Assembly (NCBI GenBank): GCA_021797745.1
Contig: JAJZZD010000001.1
Coordinates: 197,459-261,458, forward strand
Direction of reading: 5' to 3'
Origin: Candidatus Micrarchaeota archaeon
GTDB taxonomy: Archaea; Micrarchaeota; Micrarchaeia; Micrarchaeales; CABMGC01
Length of the DNA stretch: 64,000 nucleotides
Both the position numbers and the translations under genes were made by a program. The notes below the pieces were generated by a model. The model saw only the letters and a list, made by a program, of their open reading frames with translations. It did no database searches and had not been told where the DNA came from. Below are positions 25,513 through 35,566 of this stretch, in pieces; within the stretch, counting starts at the first letter, position 1, and every line of letters begins with the position of its first letter.

Positions 25513-25998
25513 TCACGCTTTCCTTACAAGCCTCCTTCCTGTCATCATATTGTTCGCCGCCTCGTAAATCGAGTATTTTTTGATTACCCTCGCCTTTATC
25601 ATGTCAAGCTCCTCGCTCTTTGCCCCAGTTGAACTTTCTATATGTCTTAGTTTGTTGGCGTACGCATTGAATGCCATCTTGGCAGATGCGAGCGCATCGC
25701 GCTCGTGCAGATTGCTTACGTATTTCTCTGCAATTACCTTCTTTTTGCTGACGCTTATGTCTGTACTCGGAACAAACAGGACTGCGTCGAATACAGCGGA
25801 AAGCTTAGACACAAGCGAATTTGCCTTTTCCTTGTCACTGCTTATCACTACAGGAAACCCTGCCTCTTGTATCTCATTCACGAACCATGCCATTCCTACG
25901 TATCTTCCAGTCTTGACTTTTACTATGCCCCCGTCTAGGTCAAGGCAGGCAATGGCCGAAGTTTTTCCCGGGTCTATGCCAACTATGAGATGTTTCAT
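25513..25998 (-). CDS. DUF460-like protein (predicted RNase H-fold)
   Basis: 162 aa from MKHLIVGIDPGKTSAIACLDLDGGIV...GFPVVISSDKEKANSLVSKLSAVFDAVLFVP. The pattern is as I recall it for archaeal DUF460. Confidence 0.55.
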   Translation of the reverse strand: MKHLIVGIDPGKTSAIACLDLDGGIVKVKTGRYVGMAWFVNEIQEAGFPVVISSDKEKANSLVSKLSAVFDAVLFVPSTDISVSKKKVIAEKYVSNLHERDALASAKMAFNAYANKLRHIESSTGAKSEELDMIKARVIKKYSIYEAANNMMTGRRLVRKA

Positions 25999-26023
25999 CA
26001 AATCAGTGGTATCTACTGCAGAA

Positions 26024-27055
26024 TCAGCTATTACATACTGAACTATTCGCATAGCATATCGCATCCTGCAGTGTCTGCGGAATGGCTAAATACTGACAGT
26101 TTACCACTGCAATAGGCACTTGATTTATGCTGTAAAACTTGCCGAACAGCTCCTGGTTGCTTATCTTGTCTGCTGCAGTAGCAAGGCAGCTGCTTAGTGC
26201 ACCTGCTCCGAACGTAGAATTGGCAAGCGAGGACAGCGTGCCTGGTGATATGTAGCCGTTCTGTAGCACAGAACCTGCTGCTGACGCAAACTTGGTGAAA
26301 TTCGCTCTTCCGTAAGCGCAGAAAAGATACTGCGACAGCGCGCTCGCATTCGCAAATCCGTGTATATTTGCTACCGCCTGCGTTGCGGGGCTGTCAAGCA
26401 TGTAAACTGATATGTTTACCCTGCCTGCAAGCCTGCTCTCAAGCGCCGTGGCGTTAAGCAGGCTGGCTATTCCTCCTATTGCATAAGGGTCTGTGAAAAG
26501 ATAGACTTGAAGCGGGTTTTCTGTGCTGCACGCGGCAGAATTCTGAATTTTCACAGTTCCCAGCGCAGCGACAGAGTAATTTCCCAGCGCAGCTGGCTTT
26601 GCAATCTGCTCAAGTGGGGTAATCTGCATGGTATTGGTGTCACTTATTAACATGGAAACAACGAATGTTTGGTTGTTCTGGGGGTTTTTTGCCGGTATGC
26701 TGACAAGCCACTCTTTAGAAGCATTTATGTAATAAAGTTTTGCCGCAGAAACGTTGGAAATGTACGGAAGCAGCGACAGCGTTCCGTTCACGTTCATGTA
26801 GCCTGCAACGAACCTTTCTGCAACCCCTAGGATCTGCGATTGATTATGCGTGGCCAACATGACATTTGCTGATGAATTTGTAGAGTTCCTGGCTGCCAAT
26901 TTCATGCCGCTAGTGGTCACTAAAAGGAGTGCCCCGAGGAGCAGTATCACTATGAGCAGTGATATATGTATTCCGTCAAGGCCTCCGAACCTGCCAATGG
27001 GCCTTATTATTATCCTTGGCTCTGGAGCTGCCTTATTGTTTTTGTTTTCTTTCAT
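26024..27055 (-). CDS. membrane-anchored extracellular protein with many N-x-S/T sequons; possible DsbA-like fold lacking CxxC
   Basis: 343 aa with a single N-terminal TM (ISLLIVILLLGALLLV). LQVYLFTDPYAIGG sits where DsbA-type proteins carry CxxC, and the C-terminus has INQVPIAVVN. Confidence 0.55.
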   Translation of the reverse strand: MKENKNNKAAPEPRIIIRPIGRFGGLDGIHISLLIVILLLGALLLVTTSGMKLAARNSTNSSANVMLATHNQSQILGVAERFVAGYMNVNGTLSLLPYISNVSAAKLYYINASKEWLVSIPAKNPQNNQTFVVSMLISDTNTMQITPLEQIAKPAALGNYSVAALGTVKIQNSAACSTENPLQVYLFTDPYAIGGIASLLNATALESRLAGRVNISVYMLDSPATQAVANIHGFANASALSQYLFCAYGRANFTKFASAAGSVLQNGYISPGTLSSLANSTFGAGALSSCLATAADKISNQELFGKFYSINQVPIAVVNCQYLAIPQTLQDAICYANSSVCNS

Positions 27056-27088
27056 GCTTTCACTTAAGCTTACATCGTATCAAGCGTG

Positions 27089-27205
27089 CGGGCCCGGCGG
27101 GATTATCATACATAAAGCATTATTAAATTAAATGCTTCGCATATTTTGAACCCGCGACCTCCGCCTTAGGACGGCATCGCTCTATCCAAGCTGAGCTACG
27201 GACCC
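27089..27205 (-). tRNA. tRNA-Arg(CCU) with a 42-nt intron inside the T-loop (non-canonical position)
   Basis: Hand fold. GGGTCCG-TA-GCTC-AGCTTGGATA-GAGC-G-ATGCC-GTCCTAA-GGCGG-AGGTC-GCGGG-[TTCAAA..intron..T]-CCCGC-CGGGCCC-G. The T-loop plus intron occupy 27102-27150. The intron has an AAGCATT/AATGCTT hairpin. Confidence 0.75.
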
Positions 27206-27269
27206 TGTGATAAGTTTGCCAGCAATTCTATTTATACTTTTTCTATCGCCTGCAGATTACCCATGCGTT

Positions 27270-29195
27270 TCACATTGATTCAATAGGCTCTACTCCTAGC
27301 AATCTTAGCATGTTTCCCATGGCATGCATAGCCGAATATACTATTGCAAGCCTGATATTCTTGCTTTCGCCTCCTTTTATCACTTGATTTCTCTCATAAA
27401 AAGCGCTGAACGTTGAGCTGAGGTCCAACAGGTAATCGGTGATTACGTTCGGCCTGTACTCGTTGGCCGATTTTTCGGCAATGTCCTGTGCCATGCTGAT
27501 TAGTTTTATGACTTTGAATTCATCATTGTTTATAAATCCGTAATCCCTGGCTTCTAATTGTGTTTCTTCATATGCCGCCTTGCCGAGTATGCTCCTTGCA
27601 CGTGCATACATGTACATTACATACGGCCCGCTGTTCGCCTCGAAGTTGAGCGCGCGCTCCCACGAAAAATCGATTTTCTTTTCAGGCCCAACGCGCAAAT
27701 ATTCGAACCTTATTGCAGACAACGCGATGGCCTTAGCCACTTCGTCAGTATTTTTCTTGCCAGAAATCTTCTTGCTGCTCTCTACTTTCTCCTTGGCTTT
27801 TGCCGTTGTTTCCCTGAGCAGGTCGTCTGCCGTGTAATTTTTCTCGCTGCTAAGCCAGGTACCCGACCTTCCGCTCAGGTCTTTTCCCCCTATTTCCACT
27901 ATCGCGTACGCGACGTGAGTCAGATTGCTAGCAGAATCCGCTGAACCAGTTAGCTTGAGCAGCGCTTTGACTGTGGATTGCTCATGGCTCTGCCTCATAT
28001 CTATTATGTTTATTACCTTTTTCGCATTTCCAAAGCCTCTTTTTTCCCCACTTTTCGAGCTAGAGTACAGACATGCCCCATTTGGCTGTTTTTGAATGAT
28101 CTGAGAGTATGAGAAGCTGTCTTTAAGCAGGCCGAATTTCCATAGATGGAATGCAAAATCCTTCATTGCATAAGTTGCCACGCCGTTGCTTCTTATCAAT
28201 ACCTTGTACCTTTCCTCAGGGTTTTCGAATTCTTTTGAAATATCCTTTACCTGTTTCAGGTCAAGTGCCAATGTCCCTTTGTACTTCTCTTCTTCAGGGG
28301 TTATTACTGCGCCTTTTGCCTTTGCCAGGTCAACTGCAGCTCCGAGAAGCTTGGCAGCGACTATGTCGCTTTCCCATATCAACACATTATGGTAAACCTT
28401 GTAGTTGAATGCAGTTTCGTACTGCGCCAGTACGCATTTCTCGCTTATGGATCTTGACAGCCTAGCCTCATCCGTGTTTCCCTGCTCCATTTTTTTAAGT
28501 ATCGTTTCAATTTCTTCTTTTACCCCATCTTTTTCCAGCGCCTTGTTCACCTCTACGTACAGCTCTCCCAAAAATTGGTCGTATTTTTTATTCTGCGCAT
28601 TTTTGCTGCCAAGATGGATATGCCCCCAAACCAATTCGGCAACCTGCAGACCCAGGTCGTCAATGTAGTCTTCCCTTTCTACACTGTAACCGCAAAATGC
28701 CAGAATGTTCGCGAGAGAGTCGCCGAGCAAGAGGTTTCGCAGATGGCCCACATGAAGCGGCTTTGTCGGGTTTACTGCCGGGTATTCTATTAATGTTTTC
28801 TCGCCTTTGCCTAAATTGCTTGAGCCATAAAATTCTTTTTCATCAATTACCGTCTCGATAACCGACTTGGAATAAGCAACCCTGTCAAAAACAGAGTTCA
28901 AATATCCTGAGCTCTCAGTGAATTCTTTTATGAGCTGTGTTCTCTTCATATGCCTAAGTATGTGCTGTGCTACCTCGTGTGGTGATTTGCCATACTGTTT
29001 GGCAATCCTGAAAGCCATAGAAGAGCTGAGGTCGCCGAATTCCTGCGAAGATACGTTTATGCTGTTCCAAAAATCTATTCGTTCCAATCTCGCTTCCTCA
29101 AACTCTGTTTTTGCTGCATTTTCTAACTGCGTAACGAACTCTTCCTTTGCCAAATACATAAGACTGGGCAACAAATCACCTCGCGTTTTTGTCAA
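27270..29195 (-). CDS. argS: arginyl-tRNA synthetase
   Basis: 641 aa with class I HVGHLRN (HIGH-type) and a DALR-type anticodon-binding C-terminus ending in M. The start may be the internal M at 29159. Confidence 0.9.
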   Translation of the reverse strand: MTKTRGDLLPSLMYLAKEEFVTQLENAAKTEFEEARLERIDFWNSINVSSQEFGDLSSSMAFRIAKQYGKSPHEVAQHILRHMKRTQLIKEFTESSGYLNSVFDRVAYSKSVIETVIDEKEFYGSSNLGKGEKTLIEYPAVNPTKPLHVGHLRNLLLGDSLANILAFCGYSVEREDYIDDLGLQVAELVWGHIHLGSKNAQNKKYDQFLGELYVEVNKALEKDGVKEEIETILKKMEQGNTDEARLSRSISEKCVLAQYETAFNYKVYHNVLIWESDIVAAKLLGAAVDLAKAKGAVITPEEEKYKGTLALDLKQVKDISKEFENPEERYKVLIRSNGVATYAMKDFAFHLWKFGLLKDSFSYSQIIQKQPNGACLYSSSKSGEKRGFGNAKKVINIIDMRQSHEQSTVKALLKLTGSADSASNLTHVAYAIVEIGGKDLSGRSGTWLSSEKNYTADDLLRETTAKAKEKVESSKKISGKKNTDEVAKAIALSAIRFEYLRVGPEKKIDFSWERALNFEANSGPYVMYMYARARSILGKAAYEETQLEARDYGFINNDEFKVIKLISMAQDIAEKSANEYRPNVITDYLLDLSSTFSAFYERNQVIKGGESKNIRLAIVYSAMHAMGNMLRLLGVEPIESM

Positions 29196-30153
29196 ATCTC
29201 TTTAGAACTACTGGAATATAATTGACTACGTCGCTTGCAAATATGTGCGTGCCCATTTTCTTAGCGAGTGCGTCTCCTATGTATGAATGCAGGTAAACGC
29301 CTGCGCTTGCGGCCTGGAAACTGGTGCAGCCAGTGGCAAGATAGCCGCCTATTATGCCAGCAAGAACGTCGCCTGTTCCCATGGTCGCCAAAGCCGACGT
29401 TTTCGCCTTGTTTATCTTTACTGAGTAGCCGTCGGTTATGATCGTAACGTGTCCCTTTAGCACGATTACTGAGTTAGTTCTGATTGCAGCCCTAGTTGCA
29501 GCTTCGATTCTTCCTCTGATGTTTCTCCCCTCCGGAGGCGCAAATCCTGTCAGGGCCTTGAATTCTTTGTCGTGCGGAGTCAGAATGGAGTTCTTGTTCA
29601 GCCTTTTTTTCATGTACTTCAAAGAGCGTATGCCATCTGCGTCTATTACCATTTTCATATTCTTGCCGATTGCATAATCAATCAGCCTTGCCGCAAATCT
29701 CATAGGCGGCACATTCTTTGTGCCTATTCCCATGCCTATCACTAAAGCTGTCGAGCGGTCCATCCATTCCCTCAACACTTTTTTCTCCTTATCCGTGCTC
29801 TCGCTTATGTAGCTCTTTCCCAACGTCCTTACAATCATGTTCTGAGTAAGTTTTTCTACAGCATTTTTAATCGAGCTTGGAACAAAAAGGCATGCATATC
29901 CAGTACCTATGCGCAATCCTGCAAGAAGGTTATAAACTGAATTTCCCACAGCCGCAGAAACGCCGTAATAATCATTGCTGCCAGAAACAACAACCAGGCT
30001 TCCCAGTTCGCCTTTGCTTGCAAAGAGGCTTCGCGGCTGCGCCGCGGCCTTAAGGTCTTTGGCTGACGTGGCCTGTACTCTGTATTTAATGTTCGGAATT
30101 GATTTTTTGCCGCTTGCAAACAATTTTAAGTTTTGCATGGTACTAATCCACAT
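29176..30153 (-). CDS. nnrD: NAD(P)H-hydrate dehydratase (YjeF C-terminal carbohydrate kinase family)
   Basis: GTGDVLAGIIGGYLA motif. The start is trimmed to M16 to avoid overlap with the divergent gene, so it is uncertain. Confidence 0.75.
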   Translation of the reverse strand: MWISTMQNLKLFASGKKSIPNIKYRVQATSAKDLKAAAQPRSLFASKGELGSLVVVSGSNDYYGVSAAVGNSVYNLLAGLRIGTGYACLFVPSSIKNAVEKLTQNMIVRTLGKSYISESTDKEKKVLREWMDRSTALVIGMGIGTKNVPPMRFAARLIDYAIGKNMKMVIDADGIRSLKYMKKRLNKNSILTPHDKEFKALTGFAPPEGRNIRGRIEAATRAAIRTNSVIVLKGHVTIITDGYSVKINKAKTSALATMGTGDVLAGIIGGYLATGCTSFQAASAGVYLHSYIGDALAKKMGTHIFASDVVNYIPVVLKRFDKNAR

Positions 30154-30190
30154 TATATCTTTAATAATATCTTCAATGCGGTGCTCTTTA

Positions 30191-31042
30191 ATGGTCAAGG
30201 TCTACAAATCGAGGGACGGAAAGGAGCTTATAGTATACCTTCCATTTGAAGTGGTAAAAAAACTGGGGATAGAAAACGGCGACGAAGTCGACTTTTTGAA
30301 ATTCAATGACAAAGCATTCATTTTCGCGAAGAAGGCGGATATAATCAACATCGCAACTGGCAAAATGCCAATGGGCAGGCAGGAAAATGTAGCTGCGAAG
30401 GGAGGTAGCCTTACATTCGCCGAAATCGGAGTATTAAAGAAACTCGACACGCTCAGGTATCCTGTAAGAAATATTGCCAACGTAAGCAAGATTCTTAACG
30501 ACACTGAAGAAAAGATACTGGCGCAGCTGCTGAAGAAAAAAATCGTATCGCTGTATACTGATGAAAAAAGGAAGGAGGAGCTTTACAGCATACCGAAGAA
30601 CATATACAACAGTTTCCTTCTGAGAAAGAAAACCGAAGAAGCAAATACCGTTAAAGCAGCAGAGCCGGTGAAAATAACGCAGAGTGCTGTCTTGCCGAAT
30701 ATCGAGAACGACAACATAACAAAGCTCGAGAAAGACGGGTATGTGGTAATAGCCACAGAAGCAGAAGCATCTGCCGTCTCAATCGCACTGGAAGCAAGCA
30801 TAAGGCAGGGCAAGGTCATAGGAATAAGAGCGTTCAACAAGAAATACTACATAATGTTACGAAGCATGTTCGACAGGAACAGTGCAAAACTGCTCAAGGA
30901 GCTTAGAGACGGTCCTAAGCCCATATCCGAGCTTGTGAAGAGAACCGGCCTTGAAGAGGATGCGCTGCGCACCATGCTCTATGTGATGCTTGAGCAAGGA
31001 GATGTGAGCGAGAACAGAAAGGACACGTTTGCTTTGGTGTGA
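30191..31042 (+). CDS. AbrB/SpoVT-like N-terminal domain protein with a probable winged-helix C-terminus
   Basis: 283 aa from MVKVYKSRDGKELIVYLPFEVVKKLGIENGDEVDF. The C-terminus reads ...LRDGPKPISELVKRTGLEEDALRTMLYVMLEQGDV. Confidence 0.55.
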   Translation: MVKVYKSRDGKELIVYLPFEVVKKLGIENGDEVDFLKFNDKAFIFAKKADIINIATGKMPMGRQENVAAKGGSLTFAEIGVLKKLDTLRYPVRNIANVSKILNDTEEKILAQLLKKKIVSLYTDEKRKEELYSIPKNIYNSFLLRKKTEEANTVKAAEPVKITQSAVLPNIENDNITKLEKDGYVVIATEAEASAVSIALEASIRQGKVIGIRAFNKKYYIMLRSMFDRNSAKLLKELRDGPKPISELVKRTGLEEDALRTMLYVMLEQGDVSENRKDTFALV

Positions 31043-31062
31043 CTTGGCGGAATCGGGCGTTG

Positions 31063-31218
31063 CTACGCCAATGCCAAGAAGTGGTCTGCAACCATGACAA
31101 TTATCGAAAATAGCACCACGAACGCCACTACAAGCCTTACATTCATCTTCGGCCCTTTTTCTGGCGCATCGTAGAAACTCAGTATGCCTGCCTGCTGCTG
31201 AGGTGTTGATAGAGCCAT
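31063..31218 (-). CDS. preprotein translocase subunit Sec61-beta (SecG, archaeal)
   Basis: Own translation, 51 aa: MALSTPQQQAGILSFYDAPEKGPKMNVRLVVAFVVLFSIIVMVADHFLALA. This is the typical Sec61-beta layout. It is below the ORF-track cutoff. Confidence 0.65.
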   Translation of the reverse strand: MALSTPQQQAGILSFYDAPEKGPKMNVRLVVAFVVLFSIIVMVADHFLALA

Positions 31219-31282
31219 GACATCATTATTAGCAAATTTATTTGGCGTGTTTAATTATTAAACTTTTGCGCGTGCAGCCAAT

Positions 31283-32845
31283 TCACTGTATTACTGAAGT
31301 AGCCTTGACTCTGTTTCCGTCATACGCGTATTTTCCTTCACGCGTCTTTTCATCATATCCTATTAGCTTAAAGCCGTTCATGTCTGATTTCTCTCCTAGC
31401 AATTCCTTATCCATATTCATTCTGTTTCCCTTGCTTTCATGCTCCTCTACTTCGATTAAACTTTTGTGAAGCTGCCTGTATTCCCCTACGCTAAGTTCTC
31501 TGCCCCTTTGAAGGGAGCTTATGTCAACTAGTTTTCTAGTAAGTTCGCTTCCCGGTTCACTTAGCATTTCTCCGCTAAAAACGCTTGTGCCCGAGCCGCT
31601 GCCATAAGACGCAAATATTATTTGTTTTTTCTTTTTTGCGTAAGTAAGAAGGCTTGCCGTTGCAACCCACATCGAGCTGTTGTAAGAGTTTCCTACCTGA
31701 GACGGCAATTTGAGGGAATATTCCAGTCCTATGCGCTCTTTGAAATCAGCATATATTTTAGGGTTTTTTTCTCTTAGCTGTTTGTGATAACTCCAGAGCG
31801 CTGTTATATCAGCGTCTGCAGCAAGATGCTCTGCCATGCCCCCATCTCCGTTAGCGTCCTTGTGCTTATTTGCAGACTTCCTTACTAACGCAAGCGCACT
31901 TTTTTCTCCGCCTATCGGCTCTTTTATTCCAAGCTCATTCTCTAACCCCAGTAGTGCACTTGGACTATTTTTTCTTAGCCAATGCATGAGCAAAAATGAC
32001 GATAGGTAAATGGGTTCTTTAGCAAAGGGTACATGGCTTATTACATAGAAATCATCAGGCAGTTTGGAGCGTTCTTCATAGTGCTCCAATGCGCTCCCTA
32101 TATTCATAACATAGTTTATTTCAGACCCTACGCCACTAGACACATGAGGCGTATGCTCATTAGATTTGTAAAAATCATTCGAAGGGACATTGTAATGTGA
32201 CACATTGCGGTTCATCTTTATAAGCAATGGGTCTTGTGTTACAAAAAGCAAAGTAGAAGCTGCGCCCTGTGTTGTTTCAGCACTTTTAGCTTTTTCGTTA
32301 TCGTAAAGTGCAATGTCGGAACCTATTACAATTGCGCTCTTTATTTGGCCGGCTCTAATCGCCGCAACAGACAAATTCAATGTTTTTGCTTCTGCAGTAC
32401 ATGCGAATTTCATTTCCAATGAATCTGCATGTTTTAATGATCTGAGAACATTTTTTACGAAAACGCTTTTTCCGTCGTCTTTATTTTTAACATGCAAATC
32501 ATATAATACAGGTTCAACTATTTCTAGCATCAAATTTGATCCAGGCTTACTTCCTTCCCTGCTAGTTTCGGTAGCAAAATAAATTGCTCCTATTCCATAC
32601 TGCTCTATTTTTTGTCGGAGCTCTGGTATTTCGTATGCATTGTCTATAAATTTTAAGAAATTGTTTGCAGCTAAGGTAACAAAGTTGTCCGAATGACCAG
32701 GAAACCTGAATTGATTTACCATTAATCCTTTAGTCACTTTTCCTTCTTCGAAACCCATGTGTTCAGCAATGGTTTTCGCAGTTACTGTATACGGAGGCAC
32801 TTCAATGCCAATATAGTTTATTCCCACATCCTCTTCGCCGGTCAT
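31283..32845 (-). CDS. hydroxymethylglutaryl-CoA synthase-like condensing enzyme (long form)
   Basis: 520 aa with YFATETSREGSKPG (catalytic Glu region), KFACTAEAKTL (Cys), ISHVPFAKEP (His) and GNSYNSSMWVATASLL. Confidence 0.75.
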   Translation of the reverse strand: MTGEEDVGINYIGIEVPPYTVTAKTIAEHMGFEEGKVTKGLMVNQFRFPGHSDNFVTLAANNFLKFIDNAYEIPELRQKIEQYGIGAIYFATETSREGSKPGSNLMLEIVEPVLYDLHVKNKDDGKSVFVKNVLRSLKHADSLEMKFACTAEAKTLNLSVAAIRAGQIKSAIVIGSDIALYDNEKAKSAETTQGAASTLLFVTQDPLLIKMNRNVSHYNVPSNDFYKSNEHTPHVSSGVGSEINYVMNIGSALEHYEERSKLPDDFYVISHVPFAKEPIYLSSFLLMHWLRKNSPSALLGLENELGIKEPIGGEKSALALVRKSANKHKDANGDGGMAEHLAADADITALWSYHKQLREKNPKIYADFKERIGLEYSLKLPSQVGNSYNSSMWVATASLLTYAKKKKQIIFASYGSGSGTSVFSGEMLSEPGSELTRKLVDISSLQRGRELSVGEYRQLHKSLIEVEEHESKGNRMNMDKELLGEKSDMNGFKLIGYDEKTREGKYAYDGNRVKATSVIQ

Positions 32846-32973
32846 GCAGTTTAATTGACTATGCGTCTTTAAAAAGAGACGAAGTAAGGTTCGTCAAACC
32901 GCTTATTTGCTATTTACTGCAGTTTGCTAATCTGCATGCTGCTTAAAGTTTTTTTCTTAAATAAATTATCAAA

Positions 32974-34149
32974 TTGCAAATAAAGCGCAGGGGTTATTCC
33001 ATAATAAGTAACAAGGTTAAAGCAAGCACGGCTCTAATAATAATGATAGGAATAGTAAGCCTGTTTGCCGACTATACTTACGAAGGCGGCAGGAGCATAC
33101 TGCCACAATTCTTCACGACAACGCTAGGAGGATCGGTATTCCTTCTTGGCATCGTGCTTGGCGCAGCCGAATTTTTTGGATACGCGTTCAGACTCGTGAG
33201 CGGCAAAATCGCTGACAAGACCCATGGCTACTGGATCCTGATATTCTTAGGCTATGCTATGAACCTTTTTGCATTGCCCCTGCTCGCAATTACAGGAAAT
33301 TACATACTCGCAATATTCCTCATATTTGCCGAGCGGGTTGGAAAAGGAATCCGTGCCCCGCCAAAAGATTACATAATATCTGAAGTTGCTGAAGAAGGCA
33401 AGATGGGAAAGGCGTTTGCAATAAACGAAATACTTGATCAAACCGGAGCGATTCTAGGGCCGCTATCAGTATCGCTGATTCTGCTTTACGAAAGCAGCTA
33501 CCGCGCCGCTTTCGCATTCCTTGCAATACCAGCAACAGTTGCAATCGCATTCCTAGTAATAGTTTTCATCAAGTACACAAGATTAAAACAGAGAAAAACT
33601 GTAGCGCGTCAGTTAAGCATCATGCCATTCAGGAAATTTGTAATATACTCAATCGCAATTGCTGCTAGCGCAGCAGGCACATACCAGGTTTCCTTCATGC
33701 TTGTGACTGCACAGGGAGTACTCAGCACATATCTGATACCGCTGATATTTCTTGTCGCGATGGCCGGTGAAGGAATATTCGGATTTGCATTCGGTCTGTT
33801 GTACGACCGCATTGGTAGAAAACTTGTTTATCTTGGCTTGCTGTTTTCGCTTTCAATACCTATTTTGCTGCTTGGATTCGGGCTTTATTTCCTGTTCCTT
33901 GGCGCCCTGATGCTTGGTGCGGCAACAGGAATACAAGACACAGTAATGAGGTCAGTAGTGGGAAGCAGAATAAAGAAAGAAAAAAGAGGATACGCATTTG
34001 GCGTATTTAATGCGCTTTATGGATTTGGACTTATGGCGTCATCAATAACCGTAGGCTATCTGTTCTACTCACTGCCAGACATACTGATTTATGTTGTGGC
34101 AATGCAGACTATGGCATTCATTGCCCTGTCTATTTCGTTTAAGGAATAA
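32974..34149 (+). CDS. MFS transporter
   Basis: 391 aa with about 12 hydrophobic segments and the SGKIADK loop motif. TTG start. Confidence 0.7.
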   Translation: MQIKRRGYSIISNKVKASTALIIMIGIVSLFADYTYEGGRSILPQFFTTTLGGSVFLLGIVLGAAEFFGYAFRLVSGKIADKTHGYWILIFLGYAMNLFALPLLAITGNYILAIFLIFAERVGKGIRAPPKDYIISEVAEEGKMGKAFAINEILDQTGAILGPLSVSLILLYESSYRAAFAFLAIPATVAIAFLVIVFIKYTRLKQRKTVARQLSIMPFRKFVIYSIAIAASAAGTYQVSFMLVTAQGVLSTYLIPLIFLVAMAGEGIFGFAFGLLYDRIGRKLVYLGLLFSLSIPILLLGFGLYFLFLGALMLGAATGIQDTVMRSVVGSRIKKEKRGYAFGVFNALYGFGLMASSITVGYLFYSLPDILIYVVAMQTMAFIALSISFKE

Positions 34150-34225
34150 TTGCCGTTAAGCATATTCTATTATGTAAACGCCTTAGATGCAAGCGCTGCA
34201 CGCCTTCGCGCAGCAGGAAATAAAC

Positions 34226-35524
34226 TCATATTATTTTCTGGCCGGGCCTATGCATGTTTTTGTACGCCCAGAACACTCCTGCTGTAGAAGCAACATTAGT
34301 AAGCAGCATGACCAAGAACATCATGTCTAAAAACCCGGGTATTGTTATGCCGTAAGCAAGAGGCAGCGTGGCAACTATTGCAGGGGAAATTCCTCTGGCA
34401 ACATCAAACGATACTATCCTTCTCATAACTGAACTTTTTTCTGCATCTTTTGGTATGTACTCATTTAGCATATTTGAAAAAAGCGACCGTATGAGTATGA
34501 CAACCAAAGTCAAACCTACTGCAGCTGCAATAAGGAAATATGTCAATTCGGATACGCTGAACAGCATGCCTATGTAAACGAAAAAGAAAGTGCTTGTAAA
34601 GAAAACAATCTCTCTCTGATAGTCGTATATGTAGTTTACGTCAGGGTTTGAAAAGTATTTTTCAAAAAAGTCTCCCACTGCCTTTTTCGCCTTGCCATAC
34701 CTGTCTTTTAAGTTTATTTCATTTCTTTTGAACCTATTGCTGCCTATATTAGAAAATACAATTCCGAATATGAATATTGTGAATGCACCGCTAAAATTCA
34801 GCTGCTGCGCTATGCCATAAATTGCTATTACCATAGTTATGGTCAGCATCCACATGTATTCTTTGCTGTATTCTTTGAACTTCTTTAGCAGGTATAGCAT
34901 AACAAATGCAAATCCAATTCCCATAAGAAGCGAGCCGAAAATAACTCCAATGACAAGATATGCGACGCCTTGCAGGGTTATGCCCGAACCTACAAGCAGC
35001 CCGAATAGCAGAATAGGAACCACAAGCTGCAGAGAATCGCTTGCGACGCCTTCATATATCAGCGTTGTGCCAAGGTCCGTAGGTGCTTTTGTGAGCCTCA
35101 TTAGCGTAGGAACTATTATGCTGCTAGGTCCTGCAAGCGCAAAGCCAAATATGAACGCCTCTATCAGATTCCACTGAAATATGAGCAGGGCCAGCAACGA
35201 AAGCGCGATACCCGTGACTATCGCAACTATGAACGTGAATTTCGTAGCTTTGACTATTACTCTGCTGAGCTTGAATACGTTTATATTCATTCCAACGTCG
35301 AAAAGGATGAATGCCACAGCCACTGCGGTTATGAAAGGCGTAAGCGAAGCGATAGTGCTTCCAGGTCCTGTGTTCACGATATTCAGCAAAGGCCCGACTG
35401 CAAGGCCTATGAGCATCAGCGGAAGTATGTTTGTTATCTTGAGCTTGTCAAAGAACACATTAAGCAGAAATCCGAAAAATGCGACAGCGGCAATGAACAT
35501 GAAAATAATGTTTACGCTTATCAT
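34226..35524 (-). CDS. cation:proton antiporter (CPA/Na-H exchanger family)
   Basis: 432 aa polytopic membrane protein whose N-terminal region is typical of Na_H exchanger proteins. Assigned by overall pattern. Confidence 0.6.
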   Translation of the reverse strand: MISVNIIFMFIAAVAFFGFLLNVFFDKLKITNILPLMLIGLAVGPLLNIVNTGPGSTIASLTPFITAVAVAFILFDVGMNINVFKLSRVIVKATKFTFIVAIVTGIALSLLALLIFQWNLIEAFIFGFALAGPSSIIVPTLMRLTKAPTDLGTTLIYEGVASDSLQLVVPILLFGLLVGSGITLQGVAYLVIGVIFGSLLMGIGFAFVMLYLLKKFKEYSKEYMWMLTITMVIAIYGIAQQLNFSGAFTIFIFGIVFSNIGSNRFKRNEINLKDRYGKAKKAVGDFFEKYFSNPDVNYIYDYQREIVFFTSTFFFVYIGMLFSVSELTYFLIAAAVGLTLVVILIRSLFSNMLNEYIPKDAEKSSVMRRIVSFDVARGISPAIVATLPLAYGITIPGFLDMMFLVMLLTNVASTAGVFWAYKNMHRPGQKII

Positions 35525-35566
35525 AATCTTCTTTTCAACTGACTTCTTAAGAAATTTAAACCTGCG

